In this document: positions 52,680 through 64,000 of the stretch, piece by piece
Layout: every line of letters starts with the position of its first letter
Numbering within the stretch: position 1 is the stretch's first letter
The notes under the pieces: generated by a model
What the model saw: only the letters and a program-made list of their open reading frames with translations
What the model was told of the DNA's origin: nothing
Database searches by the model: none
Program-made: the position numbers and the translations under genes
Source: Lama glama
Taxonomy: Eukaryota
NCBI GenBank assembly: GCA_028534125.1
Contig: CM052816.1
Span: forward strand, 87,980,001 to 88,044,000
Direction of reading: 5' to 3'
Length of the DNA stretch: 64,000 nt

Positions 52680-52860
52680 TAGTAGTGCTTATTCTTTTTA
52701 CTGTAATAAACTCTTTACTTTTACTATATTATTTAATCATCACAACTGCCACCATTATTCCCATTTGATGCAAAAGAAATTAACCATTTTGTCCAAGGTC
52801 ACAGCACCAAATTCAGGCAGTTAAGTTCCAGAGTCTGTGCTTTTAAAGGATATTCTATAT
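52680..52860 (-). mobile_element. MIR SINE
   Basis: atttaatcatcacaactgccaccattattcccattt...gtccaaggtcacagc...ccagagtctgtgcttttaa. Confidence 0.6.
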
Positions 52861-55800
52861 TATATCTCCATTTTAAAAAAAAAGCAAATAAATACAAAAC
52901 TAAATTTAAAAGGAAGCCTGAAACTACTGCTGAGGTTACTGCTTTGAGAGAAACACTGATAAATTGACCTATCCACATTTATGACTGGAAAATTCCATGG
53001 CAGGTGGGCACCTGTAGGCTAGAATAGCAGTTCCAAAGAGATGTCTTTAACTGATACTGTTCACTAATGGGGAGATTTATCACAGGCATTATGGACGACA
53101 TTTAATGGCTACAGAACTCTTAGAGATGTGTTCTGGGAATATATGTTTCAGGCTGTTGAAGTTCTTCTCAGATCAAATCATATTTCTTGTGAAAATAGTG
53201 TAGTGTTAACTGATAGAGCATCAAACCTGAAGGGAGAGTTCAGTGGATTTGTATTCTGAATTGAACAAAAAAGAGTCAATTTTTATTTGCTCTTAGACTC
53301 GTGTTTTGAATCAAATACTATTAGATGAGATAGGAATGTTAGAAGAGACTGCCTCGAGTTTGCCTTTTAAATGTCCATGCTTCATTTTTAAGACCAGGAT
53401 AAAAGTATGTGACAAAAAAGCATATAGAGGTTATTGAACAATTTTCTCATGGTGGAACAAGATGTCGACATTCATTGATATTTGAAGAACGGCTGAATCA
53501 AGGCTAAGAACAGGTAATAAGTAAAAGTTAGTTTGTAAAATAATAAAAATAAAAAGCAAGAGATCAATGACTACTGTTGCTCTAATTAAAGGATTCCTTG
53601 CAAGTATTCTGCTGCAAAGTGTAAATGGGAGAAGCACTTCAAATCTAAGTGCTGTGAAGGGAATTGGAGGACCCTTAAGACCCCTTTTAAGATTGCTGTA
53701 TGGGATGCTTTAAAACAATGTTTTAGATGTGTATTAAATGTAGTGAAAGTGAGATTCTTCTTTCCTTATACATGCCCTATTTTAAAGGAAGAAAATTTTC
53801 AGATTCCCAGAGGAAGAAAAGGAGTAAGAAAAGGCAGAGCACACTGTGCTGGGTAACCCCCTAAAGGGTGGATTAACTTCTCAGGAGACCAGCTGTGGTT
53901 CACCAAGAATACTCATTCCAATGTCACAAGAGAATAGATTGTCCCTGTATGTTGAAATTTTCTTTTGTCAGAAACTATTTACTACTGTTTTTGAAATGCT
54001 GACCCTGGAAATGTTTTGTAAAGACTTAATGAAATTTCACTCAGAAAATAGCAAATAGTAACTCGGCTGATTTCTCTGATATTTTGGAGAAACACTTTAA
54101 AAAAATACTTAATGAGTGACGATGTTACAGTTATTAATGACATAATGTTTTAGGTCTTATTTTAAGCAAGAATCTGTGTCCTCTGTACTGCAGAAAATCA
54201 ATTTGAGATAAAATATGCAGGAGAAAATTAATGTTGGTGCTAATAGTAAATAGGAGGGACTAAAATTACAGTATCATTGGGGTGTATGTATATTTATTTT
54301 TCATTTTGAAAGCTTAAACTTACTCTAGATTTAAAAAAGATACTTTCTAGCTTTGTTCTTTTTTTTCCTTCATTGACTGCTGTTGCTGCTCTATGCCTAA
54401 ATGTTTTGTTTTTGGTTTCACTGTGTATGTAGGTAGTACTTATTATAATTAAATGCATAGGGTCACTGAGTAGGAAAATTAACAGCTATATAGGGCAGTA
54501 AGAGGAAAGTAAGAAGAAGAGAGAATTTATACCCAAGTATTGAAAATTCTTTTTGTCTCCTTCACACATGATTCTTAGCCTTGTATTATAACCTTAACCT
54601 ACGAGATTCAGAAGAGTTCAAAAACAAAAATGTTTTTTTTTTAAACTTATCTTTTATAGCAGATTTTTCTCCTAAGGAAATAAATCCACAGCCCTCCAAT
54701 CACTTTATATCATGTAATAACTTTTAACCCTCTTATCCCCAAATTGAAAACAATGTTGTGAGGTGTGAAATCACTGTAGATTTTATGAGTTTTTTTGAAT
54801 AATCAAGTCCATTATTTAATATATAATCCATTAGCTTTGGAATTTATAGATTTATTTGGTTTCCCTATTCACAGTGAGAAAAAAACAACTATTAAAGATA
54901 CATGTATTATCTGACATTTTCATATCTGTCATGAAAAAGGAAGGGATTCTTGTCCCCATAAAAAAGGAAATAAAATTGAACTGATTGAACCAACAATGCA
55001 CAACTATTTATTGTGTGTAAAAGCAGAGAAAAAGAAGAGAGCGTCTTTCTGGTATTCAGGTGGCATAATTCCTGTTATATCATTGCATTTCTAGCTATTT
55101 ATCACATGGCTTTCCGTAGAGAAGTATTTTCAGTCTTATCTATCATTATTTACTACCAAAGTGTATCATATATAGTAGACTATTTATGAGTAAGATAAAT
55201 TATATTGTAGCTTTAATTTTTCAGGTTTATAACTCTCACTTGTGACATAGAAAATGAAGAGATTTAACATCCATTTCAAGCATGTAACTATAATTTCATA
55301 AAATTTTATGTTCCACAATGGATAACATGTGATAAAAGATGTGAAGTGCAGAAAATACTCACTATTGCTATCTCTTCATGGCCACAAATTATTGGCCTCT
55401 TAAATAGGGTTAAATGTTGGGGGAAAATATTTTTGGTGTTGTTGTTGTTGAAAAACTTCCAAAATAGATTACAGTAAAATTAAAAATAAAATCAAAGAGC
55501 ATGTTTCCAGCCTCTCAACTGTCGAGCTGCAATATATTGAACAAATATTTTAATATCCCAAGCCTCAGGCTCTTCATTCTCATCACAAAAGAGGAAAAGA
55601 TTATTAATGATGGCAAAGAACACAATATTTATAAAAATAATTTGCACATTTATATAAATTATTCAAATAGAAAATATTAGCATAATTATTAATAATCAAA
55701 AGATCCCGTTTCATTTGATTTATATTGTTCTTTACACACATACCCAAGTCTGATAATAAAGGTTATGGCTATTAATTTTACTCCATGTTATTTTTCCTGT

Positions 55801-56104
55801 GTTGCTAATGGAGCTTGAAATTGATGCGGGTTCTTTCCAATCTCAGCATCGATCTGTTCTCAGTCTCTGATCAGTTTTGTTGGTACTGACTTTTTCTTCA
55901 TATAAATTCACTAACACATTTACATATGAAATGATAGTGAAATACATTTAATGTAGTTTATCTTACCTGAAACCATCAGAAAACCAAGTTTATTTTACTG
56001 GTAAATGTGTTAAATTTTATAGGCCCATAATATCTTGATTTATTAATTATTATTAGGCTGCTTTAATGAGCCATCTAGCCCCCAGATAGTGGCAGGTAAT
56101 TTCA

Positions 56105-56295
56105 CTTGGTGTAATGGAAAGAACTCTGGGCAGAGAATTGGATAACCCAGATTCTATTCTGATTTCTGTAATTAACTAGCTCTATGATATAGAGGAAATC
56201 ACTTAGCCTTTCTGATTCTCAATTTCCTCAACTGTGAAATGAAGTAATTGAAACAATGTTCTCCAAGGTATTTTCCATTTCCAAAAGCCTGATTT
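56105..56295 (+). mobile_element. MIR SINE
   Basis: tggtgtaatggaaagaactctggg...aaatcacttagcctttctgattctcaatttcctcaactgtgaaatg. Confidence 0.7.
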
Positions 56296-58254
56296 TATGT
56301 TGTGACAGAGCCATGTGTCAAAATCATTTTTTTTCCTTTTCTTTTTAAAGCTATATCTCCTTCTTACCAATTTAAATTACACTAATAATATTTGTGGAAT
56401 ACCTGATCCCAAATATAATTTAATAGTTAACTCTGATCAACATAATTGGGAGACAACCAGAAGGGTCAGTCTCTACAGTCAAGCAATTATACAGTGGTTT
56501 GGACTGTGAGTTTAAGTCATGGTAGAAATAATTCTAGAACATGAAAGATACTGCTTAAACCTCAAGTAGAAAGCTTTTTTTTTTAATTTTGTGTGTGAAC
56601 TGATTTATATCTGAGCTGTCTGCTCAAATGTTTTCTTATTCTCCTTCCTATGAATAGGGCCAATAAATTTCAAGCATCATTAGCAGCAAGTGTGTACTCA
56701 AATCCAACAAGTGATACACCAAGTTCTCAGAGAAAGCTTCAGAATATTAAATGGGTGGAAATTTTGTTATATCTGTAAGCATAGGAGGACCATGGAAGCA
56801 GAGGACTTAACATTTTATGAGGCAATCAGTGAAGCCTGTTTTAAACTAAAATACATCACGATTGTATTTTTTACATGAACAGGATCAAACCTTGGGATTA
56901 AAGAAACATTATGTTCAACACAAAGTGTTTCCCACCCCATAATCATGAGGGATCGTTTGGGCAGCAGCTCAGTTGTGGTATCTTAGAGATTCAAGCAGAG
57001 AATTTCAGAAGTGTTCTGTGCATTATTATGAGTTTTCCAGGGTATACCTGTGATTCTGGATTGGGAAAGGGAACTAGGTACCCCGACCTGCTTCACTGGA
57101 CATGTATTCTGCATAATGATGTAGCTGCTAAGCTTTCATTTTAAGAATTCCCATATTAAAAATAAATGTTTGGAAAAGCTGGTTTAGAGAATACTCATAT
57201 GGAACATGATGAGATGAATGAATCTAAGCATTTGATTAAAGTTTAATTAGCAGTCATTATTTAACCGGGAGGAGCAGAGGCCTATGCCACCATGTGAGCG
57301 TCTGTACATAATGAGACAGCACATGTCATTTGACTTCACATGGCAGTTTACACCATGACTGCTCTGCCCTCAATCCTGAGCTCCCCACACACTAGATCAA
57401 TCACCCGGATTTCCCTCATTGCACAGTTAAGTTTGGTAGACATCTTACTTTAACCTAATACAAGAAACAATTGTTTTAAGTTGTGGAAAAGATGAAGAAT
57501 TAGCAACAGTAAAATCTGCTGCACTTTTTTTTTTTTAACTGACTTTGATGTGAAACAACATCTCTATCTATGTTGATCTTTGGGGACTTACTGATGGATA
57601 CAGTCAGTATTCAGTAAGTGCTTATTGGATGGGTGAAAAAAAAGTGAGTGGTTCTGTTTTGAGGTGAGTTAGACAAGATTTTTTTAATGACTGGCAAAAC
57701 CATTTTCAGAGTAGGAGATTTAAGGGTTCATTCTATGTGGAAGAGTCTGAGCGACTCCTGTAACTGACGTGATGTTGTCAGAATGATTCCCTCTCTCCTT
57801 TCTTTGTTTCTCTCATCTTAGTCTGCCATTGTGTGTAGACTTTCTTCTATTTTCAAGGGGCCGCCATTATGTTGTCCAGAGTGCAGGGTGAGACGGGGAC
57901 TCTCTTCATAGTCAAGCAGGGACTACGCTGACTGGAAAAGCAGATACTTACTAATGTTGACCAGACCTGGGATCTCTGCCCGTAGTATGGCCAAAGGGAC
58001 AAAATGCAATCATTAACAACATCATTAGACTGACACAGTGGATCAGTCCAGGTTCACTTACACAAAAGAAGGAGCAGATGTGTTTACTAGAAATAATAAA
58101 GATACCGGTGGGAAAAATTAAACAAGCAGACAAATTAAATATGTTAGAAAATTGGGGCACATAACCAAGAAATCAAAATTGCCTCTTTAATTGAAAGTCA
58201 TGACTTATTTTTTAAAAATGAAATAAAGATATTTGATTTCTGTAATTACCTATC

Positions 58255-58809
58255 TGTCTAAATTTTCTTTGCTGCATAACAAATCCCCACAAACTTAGCA
58301 GCTTCAGATAATACCTATTTATCAACTCCCGGTTCTGTAGGTAGAAATCCAGCATCACATGATTGGGTTCTCTGCTCACGGTCTCACAAGATTAAAACCT
58401 AGTTGTCAGCAAGGCCGTTACTTTTTCTCGAGAGTCTGTGGAAAAATACTCTTTCAAGCTCATTCAGACTATTGGCAGAATTTATTTCCTTGCTCTTGTA
58501 GAACTGAGGTCCCCTTTATACTGCTCACAGTGATGTGGGGACTGCCCTCAGCTCCCTCTGTATTAGCAATTTTCAACATGAGTGTTTTTCTCCAAGCCAG
58601 CTGAAGTGTGTGTCTCTGACTTCCTTTTTCTACACCGAGGACAAAACCCTTCTGCTTTCCAAGATCACATGTAATTAGATCAGGCTCACCCAACATAAGT
58701 TAACCCTAAAGGTTAAATCCATAGTCTTCCCAGTCCTGAGGATTTCCCAGGGTATGTACAGTAAGGGGAGAGGAATCTGGGACAACATGGTAGAATCCTG
58801 TCTGTCACA
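58255..58809 (-). mobile_element. MaLR solo LTR (MLT1E/G-like)
   Basis: gctgcataacaaatccccacaaacttagcagctt...ttggcagaatttatttccttgctcttgtagaactgaggtcccc...agaatcctgtctgtcaca. Confidence 0.8.
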
Positions 58810-61034
58810 CCATGTATGTTGGAGTTTAATCATAACTGAGAATTAAGGCTTGATTTGGATTCAATTCTGTATTAAGCATGCATAAGTTTTTATGATCTAA
58901 AATAATACAGTGAAGTATGATCAGACCCTGGTTAGTCTCAGAAATTCTGTCTATAACTTACCCTAATTACCAACCAATGATATATGAAGAGAAAAATATT
59001 GTAACAAGCAGTGAAAGATCAGTAAAATATTTTTATAATCTTAGAAATAGTGTAACTATCCAGTCTATGATATGCCTATATCCATTTTAGAAAAATGTGC
59101 TACAAACACACATACACACACATGATTCCATGGATTCTATGAATTATTAGGTAATTTTAATAACAAAGAATTAATTGAAAAGCAATTGAGTTTTGAGAGA
59201 TGTATTCATTACTTATTGGTCTCAATCAATGTCAAATTAAGCATCTGCCTTTACGATCCTAAACTCCTTGTTTTAAAAAAAAACCTTGACCATTAATAAT
59301 GCAATAAGCTGAAATCAATGTATGGCACTCAGGAATCCAATACTGTGTATTTGCTAAAAGCAGTCAAAATTGAGATTCTAGAATCTGCGAAAGCTATATT
59401 CATTTTTCTTGTTTTAAATTCTTTCCTTTTTTCCTTTTAAAGTTGAAGTCAGAGTGGAACTATTATCTCTTTGGAGGTCTGGGGAATCTTACTAGCCCTA
59501 GTGGGAAATAAGTGAACCCTGAGAATGATTCTTTCCTTAATATGTTTATAATGAGAGCTTATAAAAAAACATGACTAACCTGTACTTAGAAATGAGATGT
59601 AACTTACTACATTTCTCACACCGAATGGTAACTGTTTCTATTTCTCTTTTCATGTATTGAAATTCAGCCTTAAGATTACTCATTTTTATACTTTTGGACA
59701 AAAAATATTTAATGGATAAATTATCCATGAAAATAAGATAATATTTATGATACTGTTAGAGGATATAAGACTGAGAGAGATGAATTCTTAACAGTAAATT
59801 TGACATAAAACAGTTTGACTCACAGTACAAAGAAAGCAGCCTGTTTAAGTACTTGGGTTTATTTTTTTTTTCCTGCATTTGTGATATTATACTTTCAAAA
59901 TCCATTTAAAGTAGTTACAGTAAAGTGAAGAAAGGAAATAAAAGACTTCAATGAGGTGGCTTTGTGCTTTAACACATAAAGTAATCCCCACAGTAACGCA
60001 TGCTACAGAAAATGGGTCACCTTCAAACCACCCTTGAAAAGAAGCAGATAATGTAATTTTAGATTGTATTCTTAAAAGCATATTTTATAGTATGTGTATC
60101 TACTTGGCCCTTATTCATTTTCCGAAAATGTGCATGCACCTGAAAACATAAAAATACTTTCTCTTTTTTCTCTCGTGTGCAACATGTACACAGACATCTA
60201 AACATCCTCTCACACATGCACACGTCTATAGGTGTGGTGATTTGTTCATTGTAACAAAGAAACTACATATGTTAACGGCTATGTCTCTGATTAAATAGAG
60301 TCACTCCATTCTGTCTTTAACATCATGAGATTATATATATTTCAAAGCAAATTATGGTATAAACATGTGCAGAACCTTAGGAAAAATAATTTTCATTGAA
60401 ATATTTTATTGATATTGATATTAAAATTCTCTTCAACATAAATATTGTTTGCCTTTTCCTAGATGACTATTCATGGTTCCAAATCTATAATAGACCCAGT
60501 GTGTTATTGAGATGATTCTTCCTAACCGTAAATGTAACACCACCCTGTGTTTTAATAAAACACAAATGACATGCTTTTTAAGTACATAGTATACGCTTAT
60601 CAAAACTTTCATAGAAAACAGTGATTTGAGCAGCACAAAACTATAAAAAGGAATAGGTTTGAATGAATATCTTGGTTGTTATGACCCATATTGTTCCCTA
60701 CTGGACTCTGGACACCTGTGTCCTTCAGAGCAAACACTTTAAGTTATGTCTTCTATTCTAGTGCCTACTGCAATCACTAACGGGCAGTCCAAAACGTATT
60801 TGAGTAAATCCATTCTCATTAATGCATCCATAATAATACAATCAGATTTTATTCCAGCTGAAATCACAAAACTATTACTTGGGTAGTTTGCATCTGGGGT
60901 AAGCCAATTATCTGACCAAAGATTCAATGTGTGTGTGGGGGGGTGGATGTGGGTGTGTGTTTTCTCTCCAGAGACCCAGTTTTGAAAGTTAAGAAAAATG
61001 ACATTATATTCACCAAATTAAAAGAGCTGCTTTG

Positions 61035-61270
61035 GTTTGAGTGCTAGTCACATGAGGTTAGACTACCTGATTGAAATGTCAGCTTTGTATCTTCCCTTGT
61101 GTGTGTCCTGAGCCAACTTAGCCTCTCTGTGCCTCGATTTCTGTATCTGTGATAATAGTAGGATTGTACTCGTGAGGTTATTCTGAGTATTAAAGTGGTT
61201 TTAAGCATGTAAAGCCATTAGAAAATTGTCTAGCAAAAAAATAGAAGCTTAATAGGGTTTTCTATCATTA
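61035..61270 (+). mobile_element. MIR SINE
   Basis: gttagactacctgattgaaat...cttagcctctctgtgcctcgatttctgtatctg...gcatgtaaagccattagaa. Confidence 0.7.
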
Positions 61271-64000
61271 TTTGGGATCCAATTAGTTTTCTTGTACCTA
61301 TAAAAATAAATTGATATCAATGGAAACAAATATTGCTATCCTGGGCTCATTTGGATGTCAGTGGAGATAAATGAAGGGAAGTGGATATTATGAAGTTAAA
61401 TTCTCTACAATATCCTTCAAATTTTATGACATAAATATTAAAATCCACATTTTATATATGAGGACTCTGAAGTGCAAAGACATTGTTTAACTTACACAGT
61501 AACATCCAGTGAGAACTAATGGGTTTGAGATTCTAACCCCAATTGTTTGATGCTCATGATCATGGATTTTAGATCATTTCATGTTTTATATTAGAATTAA
61601 GATTTGGGTCTGTCTGCTTTACTAGAGTTATTAAATGCATTTACTAAGAAGTTAGGGTAGAACATACAGTTTTTGAAAATTAAATTTTAACTGTTCAACT
61701 ATTAGAATTTAGTTTAAAATTTTTATCTATCAGACTTATAATATTAGCATATCATTGATTACTCTAAGAATTAAGTAAAGCTTATTAAACATGTAACACA
61801 GTGCCTGATATTCAGTAAGTGCTAATGATAAAAGTAATAACAGAGACAAAATAATAATAAATTAATAAATGATATCTAGCTATAATAATATATCACTATT
61901 AATAATTCATTAGATTGGCATTATTTTTGGTATTTATTTTGAATCTAGAATAAATCATACAAATCTCTCTAGTATTCTGAAAAATAACCACATTTGAAAT
62001 CATAGATAAAATTCACTTTTATTCCAAGTAAAGATTCTCTTGCTGACAATTTGATAAAAATAGTTTATTGTCTGGGAATGTTTTGTTACCTAAGACCTGG
62101 CTTTGTGAAGAATGTTTTACAGCTTTGGAAATGTAGGAAAGAAATTATTTTAACCTTCTCCTCCCATATTTTTCCTCCCAAATCCAGGCGCCATGCCAAT
62201 GACCTCTCAAACTTTTACCGAAGTACCTATTAATATACTATGACACTCTCAAATGATATAATGCAATCTGGATGAGCTACAGTTGTAAAATATGACAATC
62301 TGAGAAAATAGTTAGGATGCCCCTCACATGTAACCACATATGCCATATTCAAGGAGAAAAGAAAGATGAAAGAGAACGTTGGGTGAATAGTATATTCTTT
62401 TTCTTTCAAGGGATGTGTAATATATCCAAGCACATCAGCTTTGTTGCTCCCAAGCATTGCAAATGGTCTTTGTTCTCTGCTCTTCCTTGGCATAACTCGG
62501 AGGAGGTGTGGGCCTTTTTGAGATGGATTTCTCCCTTCTTAAACAGAAGCTGAAATATTTCCAGATGATAAATAACGCTGGGTCTGTAACACAGGCAGGG
62601 GAGTTCTCAACTCAAATTGGGCTGTTAGAGGGAATTCCCAGCCTGGCAAAGTGGCATTCCTCTTGCTCAAATGACAACAATCAAGGTAGAAAGAACAAAT
62701 GAGTCCCCTCAGGGAGGAGAATGGAATAGAATGTCAAATATCCTTGGACATTCAGTGGCTTCCGAAAGAGAGAAATTTTGCATGATGACATTACTCAGGC
62801 AGAGTCACAGATCATCTCTGTGTCTGGTCTGCTTTTGACAATAAACAAAGCCTTATACATAATCTAATCACTTTGTCGCCGATACAATGGCTGCTGTGAT
62901 GTTCCCGAGAATTAAGCAACTGCAAAAGAAGAAAGACTAAGTATTTTAAGTTCACCAGGGAGAATGTAGCAAATTTAGTTTGTTCTGTACATAGTGAAAT
63001 TATCTCAGCCAAAGAAATTCACATAGAACCTTCTCATACTCATTTTGGCCAGTTTATCTGAATAAATCCTGTATATAAATAAAAGCTGCAGTATTACTGC
63101 GTTATCTCATTCACTAACTGCTGGATCATGATATTAAACCATTCCACAGCCTTCATAATCATTGATTTGAAAACTGGAAATGAGTATTACCACTTACATG
63201 CTGTCATTACCCCAAAATTTACTGAGGCCCATCCCGTACAAGGAACCTTTCCCTTACGTTGAATGTGTTTATAGATTAAGTTGGCAGAAGATGTCTGTAA
63301 TTTGTGTTACAAGGATCTCAGTGTTAAGTAGGGCACACTGTCATGGTACCACATTGGCTCATAGATATTTAAAAACTGAAGAAGAGATGTTCTAAGACAG
63401 AATAGTAAAGACTTAAAAACACATCAGGAAGTTTCTTGTTCTAGCAGATACATGTATTGTTCTAGCAGATACAAGCATTCAGACTGGGGGCCTAGTTCCC
63501 TGAAAATAAGATGATGACAAGCAGATAAGAAAATATTAACATGCATGATCCTTTTAAATGTAAAGAAAATAAATACACAAAATCCAAATGCAATGATTCA
63601 ACTTGCTTGGATCTATGTTCAAGAAAAAAGAAAGAAAGAACTGGAAAAAAAAAAAAACATTTGGAGAGACATGAGGAGACATTTGAATCTGGCTGGTTGT
63701 TGGATCATGGTAGGTATAACCCTGATAGGGATGGCGTGGAGGGCATCAGACAGTTTAGCCAATTTCTGCAAACTAGTAAGTGGGTTAAGGATTGGCGCCT
63801 GGTCAAACAAGTTCAGAAAAGCTACACGTGTTTATATTTAAAGGAATCTAGCTAAGGAGGGACAACTCTGAAAAAGACTCAAAAATGCTAATTAAGAGAA
63901 AAGGAAAAAGACATGCAGGGTGAAACAGAGATCAACTGAGTCTGTGTGGGAATTTCTCCTACCTGCATGGTAATGCATGGAATCCAGGTGTAAATGAGCA

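Noticed and set aside
57858..57887. Possible 30-nt plus-strand micro-exon (tttcaag|...AGG|gtgaga)
   Set aside because: Too short to assess, with no partner exons or recognisable peptide.

Overview
AT-rich mammalian genomic DNA, non-coding in character (large intron or intergenic), with a 500-N assembly gap at 30215-30714. A short tRNA-derived SINE at ~46335-46430 and the 3' tails of the younger L1 copies resemble camelid (alpaca/camel) repeats, so the genome is probably camelid (inference from recall). The window is dominated by interspersed repeats: L1 fragments of several ages, L2, MIR, MaLR (MLT1) and ERVL solo LTRs, hAT-Charlie MITEs (MER58/MER33-like) and a HAL1-like piece. There is also one 3'-truncated 7SK retropseudogene. 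Repeat subfamily names come from recall, not from a database search, and their boundaries are approximate. No protein-coding gene could be identified; almost all ORFs in the track are chance ORFs or L1 remnants. The most notable observations are: (i) an L1 3' fragment flanked by a ~200-bp direct repeat with target-site-duplication (TSD) geometry; (ii) two or three minus-strand segments with canonical splice signals, one open and hydrophobic (28353-28501), which may belong to an unidentified spliced transcript; (iii) a tailless 7SK copy with a 16-bp TSD; (iv) several nested insertions. I found no convincing evidence of a new multi-gene biological system.
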